Made by a program: the position numbers and the translations under genes. From Gemmatimonadota bacterium (GTDB lineage: Bacteria > Gemmatimonadota > Gemmatimonadetes > Palauibacterales > Palauibacteraceae), in the NCBI GenBank assembly GCA_046757485.1, contig JBHHYJ010000002.1, positions 8,073 through 72,072 of the forward strand: a stretch of 64,000 bases of DNA, in the 5' to 3' direction. Shown piece after piece: positions 36,269 through 45,295 of the stretch (positions are counted from its first letter, which is position 1; each line of letters begins with the position of its first letter). The notes below the pieces were generated by a model. It was not told where the DNA came from, made no database searches, and saw nothing but the letters and a program-made list of their open reading frames with translations.

Positions 36269-37636
36269 TCAGGCGGAGGAACGGGAGAGGATGGCCCCCT
36301 CCAGGTGTTCGCCGAGCTCCTCGATCGACACGCGGACCTGCTGGAGCGTGTCCCGGTCGCGCACGGTGACCGTCTCATCCTCTAGGGACTGGCCATCCAC
36401 CGTGACGCAGAACGGCGTCCCGGCCTCATCCTGGCGGCGGTAGCGACGACCGATGGAGCCGGACTCGTCGTAGAAGGCGGGCAGACGCGACCGGAGCCGC
36501 TCGACGACGCGCCGCGCCACGTCGGGCATTCCGTCCTTCTTGACCAGTGGAAAGACGGCGACCTTGATCGGCGCCAGGCGAGGCAGCAGGCGCAGCACCA
36601 CCCGCGTCTCGCCGGCCACCTCCTCCTCGTGGTAGGCGTCGGTCAGCAGAACGAGCAGCGTACGGTCGAGGCCGGCAGACGTCTCGATGACGTACGGCAC
36701 GTAGCGCTCTCCGCTCGCCGTGTCGAAGTACTCCAGCTTCTTGCCGGAGCTCTCCTGGTGGCGGGAGAGGTCGAAGTCCGTGCGGTTGTGGATTCCCTCG
36801 AACTCCTGCCAGCCGAACGGGAACCGGTACTGGATGTCGTACGCGGCCTTCGCGTAGTGGGCCAGCTCGTCGGGGCCGTGCTCGTGGAAGCGGAGGCGGT
36901 CCGGCCGGATCCCCAGTGAGAGGAGCCACTCCATGCGGCTCTGGCGCCACCGTTCGAGCCACTCCTCATCCGTGCCCGGCTTCACGAAGTACTGCATCTC
37001 CATCTGCTCGAACTCACGTGTTCGAAAGATGAAGTTCCCGGGGGTGATCTCGTTGCGGAACGCCTTGCCCACCTGCGCGATCCCGAACGGGATCTTCTGG
37101 CGGGAGCTGTCCAGCACGTTGCGGAAGTTCACGTAAATCCCCTGCGCCGTCTCGGGCCGCAGGTAGACGACCGCGGCTTCCTCCTCCACCGGTCCCATGA
37201 ACGTCCGGAACATGAGGTTGAACTGCCGGGGATCGGTGAACTGCCCCTTCGTTCCGCACACGGGGCACTGCTGCGCCGCGGTCTCTCCCGCCTCCACCTC
37301 GGGGAGATCGTCGGCGCGGAAGCGGCGGTGGCAGCTCCGACATTCCACCAACGGGTCGGAGAACCCCTCCACGTGCCCGCTGGCCTCCCAGACCCCCGGG
37401 TGCATCAGGATGCCGGCGTCCAGACCCTCCACATCCTCCCGCCGGTGGACCATCTCCTCCCACCAGGCCTTCCGGATGTTCCTCTTCAGCTCCACGCCCA
37501 GCGGACCGTAGTCGTAGACAGAGCCCAGTCCGCCGTAGATCTCGGAGGACTGGAAGGCGTACCCCCTCCGCTTGCACAGGGAGACCAGTCGTTCCATCAG
37601 GTCCGGGGGTCGCCGATCCTGGGTGTCGCCCGCCAT
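36269..37636 (-). CDS. glyQS: Glycine--tRNA ligase (class II, homodimeric GlyQS type)
   Basis: YAFQSSEIYGGLGSVYDYGPLG, FRNEITPGNFIFRTREFEQME (motif 2) and CPVCG zinc knuckle. Start at M78 of the track ORF. Confidence 0.9.
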   Translation of the reverse strand: MAGDTQDRRPPDLMERLVSLCKRRGYAFQSSEIYGGLGSVYDYGPLGVELKRNIRKAWWEEMVHRREDVEGLDAGILMHPGVWEASGHVEGFSDPLVECRSCHRRFRADDLPEVEAGETAAQQCPVCGTKGQFTDPRQFNLMFRTFMGPVEEEAAVVYLRPETAQGIYVNFRNVLDSSRQKIPFGIAQVGKAFRNEITPGNFIFRTREFEQMEMQYFVKPGTDEEWLERWRQSRMEWLLSLGIRPDRLRFHEHGPDELAHYAKAAYDIQYRFPFGWQEFEGIHNRTDFDLSRHQESSGKKLEYFDTASGERYVPYVIETSAGLDRTLLVLLTDAYHEEEVAGETRVVLRLLPRLAPIKVAVFPLVKKDGMPDVARRVVERLRSRLPAFYDESGSIGRRYRRQDEAGTPFCVTVDGQSLEDETVTVRDRDTLQQVRVSIEELGEHLEGAILSRSSA

Positions 37637-37853
37637 CGGCCGCTCACTCGCGCTCGTCTGCACGCCTCTCCTCGTCCGTCGGGTCGCGCCCGCGTGCGGA
37701 CGCCTCGGCAAGGCAAGAGCCGGAGCCTCTCCTCGGCCCCGGCCCTTGCGTACTGAAGGATAGCCCGGGGCCAGAAGAGGCGGCAACCGAGGGCCCGCCC
37801 TCGCCGGACGGCCCGACCGCCTCCTACTTTGTGGCATCCCCACGGAGGCACGC

Positions 37854-38675
37854 ATGGCGTTCGACACATCCCGAGTTCCGGAGGAGGCTTTCGGACCCGG
37901 CTCTCCCCTTCGGGTGATCGGTCACCGGGGAGCCGCCGGGGTGGCGCCCGAGAACACTCTTCTCTCCTTCCGCCGGGCCTTGGAGGCGGGCGCTCACGCC
38001 GTCGAGCTGGACGTGCACTGCACGCGCTGCGGCCACCTCGTGGTGATCCACGACGAGACGGTGGAACGCACGACCGAGGGATCCGGGCGCGTCACGGGAA
38101 TGGATCTGACGGAGCTGAAAGAGCTGGACGCCGGGTACCGCTTCACGCGGGACGGGGGGGACAGCTTCCCGTACCGGGGCCACGGGCTCCGGATCCCGAC
38201 GCTGGACGAGGTCATGGCCGACATTCCGGATCTGCCGGTGATCGTGGAGATCAAGTCCGCCCGGGCGGGAGTCTCCCTCGGGAACTGGCTGCTGGAGAGT
38301 CCCGACGCGGACCGCATTCTCGTCGGGGGGTTCAACCGGGCTCACGTCGAGCCGGCCGGGCGGCGGGCCCGGTGGCGGTGCGCCTACACGGATGAGCTCC
38401 GGAGCTACGTGCTTCTCGGCAAGCTCGGGCTCGGCTCCCTGGCCACGCCACGGGTGGATGCCGTCATGGTTCCCGAGCGACGCGGCTGGCTTCGAATCGT
38501 GACGCCGCGCTTCGTTCGGCAGGCCCACGGGGACCGGCTTGGAGTCTTCGTGTGGACGGTAAACGAGGCCCCGGAGATGCGACGCCTCCTGGAGTGGGGG
38601 GTGGACGGCCTGGTGAGCGACTACCCGGCCACGCTCCGCCGCGTCGTCGAGGAGCGGAGGGCGGAGGGACGGTGA
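37854..38675 (+). CDS. Glycerophosphodiester phosphodiesterase (GDPD family)
   Basis: VIGHRGAAGVAPENTLLSF and HCTRCGHLVVIHDET are GDPD catalytic motifs. Confidence 0.85.
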   Translation: MAFDTSRVPEEAFGPGSPLRVIGHRGAAGVAPENTLLSFRRALEAGAHAVELDVHCTRCGHLVVIHDETVERTTEGSGRVTGMDLTELKELDAGYRFTRDGGDSFPYRGHGLRIPTLDEVMADIPDLPVIVEIKSARAGVSLGNWLLESPDADRILVGGFNRAHVEPAGRRARWRCAYTDELRSYVLLGKLGLGSLATPRVDAVMVPERRGWLRIVTPRFVRQAHGDRLGVFVWTVNEAPEMRRLLEWGVDGLVSDYPATLRRVVEERRAEGR

Positions 38676-39916
38676 GCCAACCACCGTCGGCACCCCGGGC
38701 GACGACGTTCCCGGCTCGAGGGGCGGGCCGTCCGGATCGAACGATCCTCCACGTGGACATGGACGCCTTCTACGCGGCCGTGGAGGTGCGCGAGAACCCG
38801 GAGCTCCGCGGCCGGCCGGTGGTCGTGGGGGCCGATCCTCGGGAGGGTCGGGGGAGAGGGGTGGTGGCCGCTGCCAGCTACGAGGCTCGGGCGTACGGCA
38901 TCCACTCCGCGATGCCGATCTCCCAGGCGTATCGCCGGTGTCCCCGTGCCGCCTTTCTGCGACCCCGCCTTCGCCTGTACGCATCGGTCTCCGGGCGCAT
39001 CTTCGAGATCCTCCGGAGCTACACGGACCAGGTGGAGCCGCTCAGCCTCGACGAGGCGTTCCTGGACGTCACCGGGAGCCGGGAACTTTTCGGGGACGGG
39101 GCACAGATCGCCCGCGGGGTGAAGGAGGAGATCCGTCGCCGGGAGAGCCTGACCGCCTCGGTGGGCGTGGCGGCATCCAAGTTCGTGGCCAAGCTGGCAA
39201 GCGATCTCGAGAAGCCGGACGGCCTCGTGGTCGTGCCATCCGGACGCGAGCGCGAGCTCCTGGAGCCCCTGGACATCTCCCGGCTGGGGGGCGCCGGCCC
39301 CCGGACCCGGGAGAAGCTTCGCCGCATCGGAGTCCGCACGATCGGGGATGTGGCGCGTCTTCCGCTCGCGGAGCTCGTGCGAACGTTCGGGGAGCTCCGG
39401 GGGCGCTTGTTTGCCGAGCTGGCCCGGGGAATCGACGAGCGCCCGGTCATCCCGGACCGGCGGCGCAAGTCGCTGGGACGCGAAACGACCTTTCCGACCG
39501 ACGTCGGCGACCGCCGAACGGTGGAAGCGGCTCTGCTGGCCCTGTGCGACGAGGTGGCGCGGCATCTGCGGCGGAGGGGGCTCGCGGGAACGACCGTGAC
39601 CGTCAAGCTCCGCTGGGAACCGTTCGATACGGTCACCCGCCAGGCGACCCTGGCGGATCCCATCAACACGCCCGAACGCCTGTGGCCCGTGGCCCGCCGC
39701 CTGCTGGCGGAGGCGGATCGGCCGGAGCGCCGGGTCCGACTCGTCGGCGTGACGGTCTCCGGCTTCACCACCGATGCCCAGCTCTCCCTCTTCCCCGACC
39801 GGAAGTCCGCGCTCGATACCCGGGTGGCGCGAGCCATCGATGAGCTGACGGAGCGGTTCGGAGAGGGGACGATCACCCGGGCCGCGCTCCTCCAGCGCGC
39901 CGAGGCGAGCTCGTGA
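38672..39916 (+). CDS. dinB: DNA polymerase IV (Y-family translesion polymerase)
   Basis: ILHVDMDAFYAAVE, SLDEAFLDVTG and ASKFVAKLASDLEKPDG are conserved. The GTG start overlaps the GDPD stop as GTGA. Confidence 0.85.
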   Translation: MSQPPSAPRATTFPARGAGRPDRTILHVDMDAFYAAVEVRENPELRGRPVVVGADPREGRGRGVVAAASYEARAYGIHSAMPISQAYRRCPRAAFLRPRLRLYASVSGRIFEILRSYTDQVEPLSLDEAFLDVTGSRELFGDGAQIARGVKEEIRRRESLTASVGVAASKFVAKLASDLEKPDGLVVVPSGRERELLEPLDISRLGGAGPRTREKLRRIGVRTIGDVARLPLAELVRTFGELRGRLFAELARGIDERPVIPDRRRKSLGRETTFPTDVGDRRTVEAALLALCDEVARHLRRRGLAGTTVTVKLRWEPFDTVTRQATLADPINTPERLWPVARRLLAEADRPERRVRLVGVTVSGFTTDAQLSLFPDRKSALDTRVARAIDELTERFGEGTITRAALLQRAEASS

Positions 39917-39926
39917 GCCCGGCACG

Positions 39927-40970
39927 ATGAGACTCCGGCCATCGCCGCGAGCGGCCGAGGATCGCCGGGGCTCCGAAGAGGGGGGGGAGCCGCCGAACGC
40001 CGCCCCGAGTCTCCTGGACGAGGTCCGGGCCCGTTGCGCCGACGTGGCCCGCCGCGCCCGCCACGTCCGGGTGGAACCGCGGCGCGTTCCCGGATACGCC
40101 GCGGAGCTCGCCCAGGCCGCGCTCGCCGGGGGGCGGCCGGAGGTGGATCCCGACAGTCACCACCTGGACCGAGGAGAGGAGACGGTGGCCTTCTTCCTCA
40201 CCCTGGATGCCGTGAACTTCGGCTCCGGCTACTTCCCCCATCTCCGCAAGCGACCCGGTCTCTCCGGCTACTTCACCGTGGCCACCTCCCTCAAGGAGCA
40301 GTTCGAGGAGCACGGGGCGTTCACGGCGGAAGAGCTCACCCGAATCACCGCCGAGGAGTGTGGCCGGATCTTCGGTCAGGCCGGGGCCTCCGGGCCGGTG
40401 GCGGAGCTGATGCGCCTGTTCGCCAACGCTCTCAACGACCTCGGCGTCTGGCTGCTGGACGGCTTCGGGGGAGATTTCATCGGGCCGGTGGCGGCGGCGG
40501 GCGGAAGCGCGGAGCGACTCGTCGAACGCCTGATCGAGATGCCCTACTTCCGGGACGTGTCCCGCCACGACGGATCGGAGGTGCCGTTCTACAAGCGGGC
40601 CCAGATCACCGCCGCCGACCTCCACTTCGCCTTCGGGGGAGAGGGAGCGGGCGAGTTCACGGATCTGGACCGCCTCACGATCTTCGCCGACAACCTCGTC
40701 CCGCACGTGCTGCGGGTGGACGGACTGCTCACGTATGCCCCGGCGCTGGCCGCGCGGGTGGACGCGGAGGAGCTGATCCCTCCCGGGTCCTCCGAGGAGA
40801 TCGAGATCCGGGCCTGCGCGCTCCACGCGGTCGAGCTCCTCGTGCGCGAGCTCGACGGCGGGTCGGACCCTGTGAACGCCATGCGGCTCGACTACCTTCT
40901 GTGGAACCGGGGCCAGGGGGCCGGCTACAAGGCACGCCCCCGCCACCGGACGCGCACCGTCTATTACTGA
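39927..40970 (+). CDS. DUF2419-like protein (possible queuosine-salvage Qng1-family hydrolase), low-confidence family call
   Basis: 347 aa, cytoplasmic. Blocks FFLTLDAVNFGSGYFP and FYKRAQITAADLHFAF and a C-terminal ...TRTVYY recall the DUF2419 family. I cannot confirm without a search. Confidence 0.4.
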   Translation: MRLRPSPRAAEDRRGSEEGGEPPNAAPSLLDEVRARCADVARRARHVRVEPRRVPGYAAELAQAALAGGRPEVDPDSHHLDRGEETVAFFLTLDAVNFGSGYFPHLRKRPGLSGYFTVATSLKEQFEEHGAFTAEELTRITAEECGRIFGQAGASGPVAELMRLFANALNDLGVWLLDGFGGDFIGPVAAAGGSAERLVERLIEMPYFRDVSRHDGSEVPFYKRAQITAADLHFAFGGEGAGEFTDLDRLTIFADNLVPHVLRVDGLLTYAPALAARVDAEELIPPGSSEEIEIRACALHAVELLVRELDGGSDPVNAMRLDYLLWNRGQGAGYKARPRHRTRTVYY

Positions 40971-41017
40971 ATGCCGCCGAGCGGAATCGGCCGAAGATAC
41001 CACGGGGAGGAGCTCGA

Positions 41018-41623
41018 ATGTCGAAGGTCCCGTCGCGCGAGGAGGCGCTCGCCCTCGTCCACGAGTACACGGAGAGCCCGAACCTCCGGAAGCACATGTA
41101 CGCCGTGGAGGCGGCGATGCGCGCCTACGCCGAGAAGTACGGAGAGGATCCCGAGCTGTGGGGCGTGACGGGCCTGCTGCACGACTTCGACTACGAGCGC
41201 TGGCCGAACGACGAGCACCGCCCCGACGCGGAGCACCCGTCGACCGGGGTGGCGATTCTCCGCGAGCGGGGCGTCTCCGAGGGGATCTGCCGGGCGATCC
41301 TCGCTCACGCGGACTACACGGGGGTCCCCGCGGAGTCGCGCATGGCCAAGGCCCTGCGGGCGGTGGACGAGCTCACCGGCTTCCTGGTCGCCTGCTCGCT
41401 CGTGCGACCGAACGGCATCTCGGACCTGAAGCCGAAGTCGGTCAAGAAGAAGATGAAGGACCGCTCCTTCGCCGCGGCCGTCGATCGGGAGGAGATGCGG
41501 GCAGCGTGCGAGGCCCTGGGTGTGGAGTTCACCGACCACCTGGCGTTTGTCATACAGGCGATGAGGGAGATCGCCCCGGAGCTGGGGCTCGAGGGCACCG
41601 AGTCGGGCTCACCCCAAGGCTGA
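41018..41623 (+). CDS. HD-domain metal-dependent phosphohydrolase (HDIG-like)
   Basis: ATG at 41018 with GGAGG upstream. HxxxLLHD pattern (GVTGLLHDFD), HPSTGVAIL and AILAHADY. Confidence 0.7.
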   Translation: MSKVPSREEALALVHEYTESPNLRKHMYAVEAAMRAYAEKYGEDPELWGVTGLLHDFDYERWPNDEHRPDAEHPSTGVAILRERGVSEGICRAILAHADYTGVPAESRMAKALRAVDELTGFLVACSLVRPNGISDLKPKSVKKKMKDRSFAAAVDREEMRAACEALGVEFTDHLAFVIQAMREIAPELGLEGTESGSPQG

Positions 41624-41673
41624 CTCTGGCCGGAGATTCGGGGCGCCCCCGCGCCGGACCGTCGTGATCCGAG

Positions 41674-43053
41674 ATGGCTGCCATGAAGACGATCATCGAG
41701 CCGTTCCGAATCAAGAGCGTCGAGCCGATCCGCATGACCTCGCGGGAGGACCGCGAGGCGCTGATTCGTGGAGCCGATTACAACGTTTTCCGGCTGCCCG
41801 CCCGCGACGTGATCATCGACTTCCTCACCGACAGCGGCACGGGGGCGATGAGCGCCAACCAGTGGGCGGCGGTCATGCGAGGTGATGAGTCGTACGCGGG
41901 CAGCGAGAGCTTCTATCGTTTCGAGGCCGCGGTCCGGGAGATCTTCGGCTTCAAGCACGTGATCCCCACCCACCAGGGCCGGGCCGCCGAGCGGATCCTC
42001 TTCAGCACGGTGTGCCGGGCCGGCGATGTCGTCCCGAACAACACGCACTTCGACACCACGAGGGCCAACATCGAGTTCACGGGTGCGGAAGCTCTCGACC
42101 TGCCCTGCCCGGAGGCCAGGGAGATCGGAACGCCCCACCCGTTCAAGGGGAACATCGATCTGGAGGGGCTCGAGGCGACGATCCGGGAACGACGGGAGAG
42201 AATCCCGCTCGTCATGCTGACGATCACGAACAACTCCGGCGGCGGGCAGCCCGTCTCGCTGGCGAACGTCCGGGCCACGGCCGAGCTGTGTCACGCCCAC
42301 GACATCCCGCTGTACATCGACGCCTGTCGCTTCGCGGAGAACGCCTACTTCATCCGCCGGCGGGAGGACGGATACGGAGAGAAAAGCTACCTCCAAATCG
42401 CCCGGGAGATCTTCTCCCACGCGGACGGCTGCACGATGTCCGCCAAGAAGGACGGGCTGGCGAACATCGGGGGCTTCCTGGCCACCAACGACGACCGCCT
42501 GGCGCGCCGGGAGGAGGAGCTGCTCATCCTGACCGAGGGTTTCCCCACCTACGGGGGGATGGCGGGGCGCGATCTGGAGGCGATCGCCGTGGGGCTCTAC
42601 GAGGTGCTGGAGCCAGACTATCTGGAGTATCGGGCCGCCTCCTCCCACTACCTGGGACGTCACATCGCCGAGGGGGGAGTCCCGATCGTCCAACCGCCGG
42701 GCGGTCACGCCATCTACATAGACGCCGCCGCCTTCTGTCCCCAGATCCGTCCGCTCCACTTCCCCGGCATCGCGCTCACGGTGGAGCTCTACCGGGAAGC
42801 CGGAATCCGGAGCGTGGAGATCGGGAGCGTGATGTTCGGCTCGGCGGACCCGGAGACCGGGGAGGCCGTCCCGGCCCGCCAGGAGCTCGTGCGCCTGGCG
42901 ATCCCCCGCCGCGTCTACACCCAGAGCCACGTGGACTACGCCGTGGAGGCGATCCTGTCCGTGTACGGGCGCCACGACGCCCTCCGGGGCTTCCGCCTCG
43001 TGGAGGCGCCCCCGGTCCTCCGGCACTTCACCGCTCGCTTCGAGCCGCTGTAG
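41674..43053 (+). CDS. Tryptophanase / tyrosine phenol-lyase family beta-eliminating lyase (PLP-dependent)
   Basis: 459 aa, collinear with E. coli TnaA. EPFRIKSVEPI, DLLTDSGTGAMS, IPTHQGRAAE and SAKKDGLANIGGFL (PLP-Lys). Confidence 0.85.
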   Translation: MAAMKTIIEPFRIKSVEPIRMTSREDREALIRGADYNVFRLPARDVIIDFLTDSGTGAMSANQWAAVMRGDESYAGSESFYRFEAAVREIFGFKHVIPTHQGRAAERILFSTVCRAGDVVPNNTHFDTTRANIEFTGAEALDLPCPEAREIGTPHPFKGNIDLEGLEATIRERRERIPLVMLTITNNSGGGQPVSLANVRATAELCHAHDIPLYIDACRFAENAYFIRRREDGYGEKSYLQIAREIFSHADGCTMSAKKDGLANIGGFLATNDDRLARREEELLILTEGFPTYGGMAGRDLEAIAVGLYEVLEPDYLEYRAASSHYLGRHIAEGGVPIVQPPGGHAIYIDAAAFCPQIRPLHFPGIALTVELYREAGIRSVEIGSVMFGSADPETGEAVPARQELVRLAIPRRVYTQSHVDYAVEAILSVYGRHDALRGFRLVEAPPVLRHFTARFEPL

Positions 43054-43145
43054 GCCGCTTCGGGTTCGGTTGCGGCGGGGCCGCGAGTCCCATGTGGCGC
43101 CGGACCGGCCTACCAAGCGAGGGGCCTCATTCGGGGGTGCCGCCG

Positions 43146-44444
43146 TCAGCCGCGGCTCAGCGCCCCGACGACCTCGCCCAGCGCCGCCATCGCCTCCCGG
43201 AGCTGGTCGTCGCACAGATACGGCGCCGGCCCGAGACGCAGGAGCTCGCCCCGGTGATCGGTTCGGACGTCCCGCTCGCGAAGGAGCCGGGAGATCTCCG
43301 CGGCCCGGGGGCTCCGGAGGGCCAGGAAGCCGCCGAGCTCCCCGAGATCCATTGAGCGGTCGCGGCGGATGAGGCGGGGGTCGGCGTCCAGCTCATCGAA
43401 CCGCTCGGCGAGGAGCCCCACCTGGTGCTGGCTCACCTCGCGCAGGAACTCCGGTGCGAGTCCCTCCTCCTCGCAGAAGGCGAACACCTCGGCGGCCCGG
43501 TAGTGGCTCGTCGGATCGTACGTGCTCCCGGCGAACCGGTCCGGTCCGCGGCCGTACACGACGGGGGTCGGGCCCTGGTCGGCCCCCTCCTCCCGCTCCG
43601 TGCTCGTCCCGCGCTCCAGGGCGCCGTCGGGGCCGGAGGGGGGACGCCCACGGCCTGCCAGCGGCGCTCCGCGCGTCCCTTCCAGGGCGCCGAACTCGCT
43701 GAACCAGCCGGTGATCGCGGGGCGGAACTCCCGGCCGGTCGGAAAGCGGAGGAAGCAGTTCCCCTCTCCGAGCTGGCAGTACTTGTAGCCCCCGCCCACC
43801 ACGAACGCGCCCTCCAGGCCCTCCCCCCCGAGCGACAGGGGCACGGCGTTCAGGGAGTGGTAGGCGTCCATCAGCAGCTCCGCCCCCCTCCGCTCGCACG
43901 CCCGGGCGACCTCGCCCAGGCCCCGCACGATGCGGGCGTCCTCGTAGAAGACGGAGGAGACGAGGGCGGCCGCCGTCCGGTCGTCGATCCGCTCGGCGAG
44001 GCGGGTGGCGACCGTGCTTACCGGATCGCGGCTCACCCTGACCACCTCGAGGCCCTCCTCCGCCAGCCGGTCGAGCTGGCGCCGAATCGTGTGGAACTCC
44101 CCGTCCGTCGTGACGAGCCTCGGCCGCTCCCGGAGGGGGCAGGCGGAGAGGAAGCGGACCACGAGGTCGTGCGTGCTGGAGGCGAGCGCGATCCGGTCCG
44201 CCGAATCGCCCAGCAGGCGGGCGAACCCGGCGCGCACCCGGGCCGCCCGCTCGAACGCCCGCTCCCACTTCTCGTCCACGCACTCCGCCGCGTCCTCCCA
44301 TGCCCGCCGCTGGCCCTCGAACCCCCGGTCGGGCCACGCCTGGTGGGAATGGCCCGTCAGCAGCAGCCGCTCCTGCACCCGGAAGGCGGAGTAGTGGGGC
44401 GCCAGCGCGTTCGGACGCCGATAGAGATCCTCCGGGCTCCGCAC
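43146..44444 (-). CDS. kynU: Kynureninase (aminotransferase class V fold)
   Basis: Collinear with Pseudomonas kynureninase (LMDAYHSLNAVPLSL, GGYKYCQLGEG, C-terminal ...LRLGPAPY...). The GTG start at about 44444 is preceded by GAGG. The upstream 300 codons of the track ORF overlap the TDO gene and are rejected. Confidence 0.75.
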   Translation of the reverse strand: MRSPEDLYRRPNALAPHYSAFRVQERLLLTGHSHQAWPDRGFEGQRRAWEDAAECVDEKWERAFERAARVRAGFARLLGDSADRIALASSTHDLVVRFLSACPLRERPRLVTTDGEFHTIRRQLDRLAEEGLEVVRVSRDPVSTVATRLAERIDDRTAAALVSSVFYEDARIVRGLGEVARACERRGAELLMDAYHSLNAVPLSLGGEGLEGAFVVGGGYKYCQLGEGNCFLRFPTGREFRPAITGWFSEFGALEGTRGAPLAGRGRPPSGPDGALERGTSTEREEGADQGPTPVVYGRGPDRFAGSTYDPTSHYRAAEVFAFCEEEGLAPEFLREVSQHQVGLLAERFDELDADPRLIRRDRSMDLGELGGFLALRSPRAAEISRLLRERDVRTDHRGELLRLGPAPYLCDDQLREAMAALGEVVGALSRG

Positions 44445-44455
44445 GGCATCCCGCC

Positions 44456-45295
44456 TCACAGCTGGGTGCGAATCTCCCACAGGTCCGGGAAGAGGGGGCG
44501 GAAGATCCGCCTCTTCAGGTACTCGACGCCGCTCGTCCCGCCCGTTCCCCGCTTCGCGCCGATCGTCCGCTCCACCATCTTCACGTGCCGGTAGCGCCAC
44601 TCCTGAAGGCCCTCGTCCAGGTCCACCAGCCGCTCGCACAGCTCGGCGGCCGCGGGGTTCTCCCGGTACACGTCGATGAGCACGCCCTGCAAGCCGGGCG
44701 ACGGCTCGACGGGGCGGGTCACGTCGCGGCCCAGGAGCTCCTCCGGGACCGCGTACCCCTCGCCCGCCAGGTAGTGGAGGAAGGCGTCCCACAGGGTCGG
44801 CTCCTCCAAGCGGCGCTCGAGCACCGCCCGGGCCTCGCCCCCCTCGGGGTAGCGCTCGAAGACCCTCTTGTCCTTCAGGCCGAGGAGGAACTCGAGCTCC
44901 CGGAACTGCCGGGACTCCAGCCCGCTGGCCGCCTCCAGCCGCTCCCGGAAGGCGAGGAACTCCAGCGGCGTCATCGTCTCCAGGATGTCGAGCTGCGAGA
45001 CGAGGACCTTCAGGATCGTCAGGACTCGCTTCATCGTGTGGAGGGCCGGGGCCGTCGCATCCCCTTCCAGGAGGCGGCAGGCGTACTCCAGCTCGTGCAG
45101 CAGCTCCTTGAACCACAGCTCGTACACCTGATGGATCACGATGAACAGCATCTCGTCGTGATCCCGGCCTCCGGAGCGCGGCTGCTGGAGGGCGAGGAGC
45201 TCGTCCAGCTTCAGGTAGCCGGAGTAGGTCAAATACTTCGAGCCGCCTCCGCCGTCCGTCTCGTCTCGACCGGCCATCTCCGTCTCCCCGCTCAT
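44456..45295 (-). CDS. kynA: Tryptophan 2,3-dioxygenase
   Basis: YLKLDELLALQ, EMLFIVIHQVYELWFK and RLLEGD blocks. Start at M39 of the track ORF (MSGETEM...), overlapping the upstream stop by 1 nt (TGATG). Confidence 0.8.
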   Translation of the reverse strand: MSGETEMAGRDETDGGGGSKYLTYSGYLKLDELLALQQPRSGGRDHDEMLFIVIHQVYELWFKELLHELEYACRLLEGDATAPALHTMKRVLTILKVLVSQLDILETMTPLEFLAFRERLEAASGLESRQFRELEFLLGLKDKRVFERYPEGGEARAVLERRLEEPTLWDAFLHYLAGEGYAVPEELLGRDVTRPVEPSPGLQGVLIDVYRENPAAAELCERLVDLDEGLQEWRYRHVKMVERTIGAKRGTGGTSGVEYLKRRIFRPLFPDLWEIRTQL

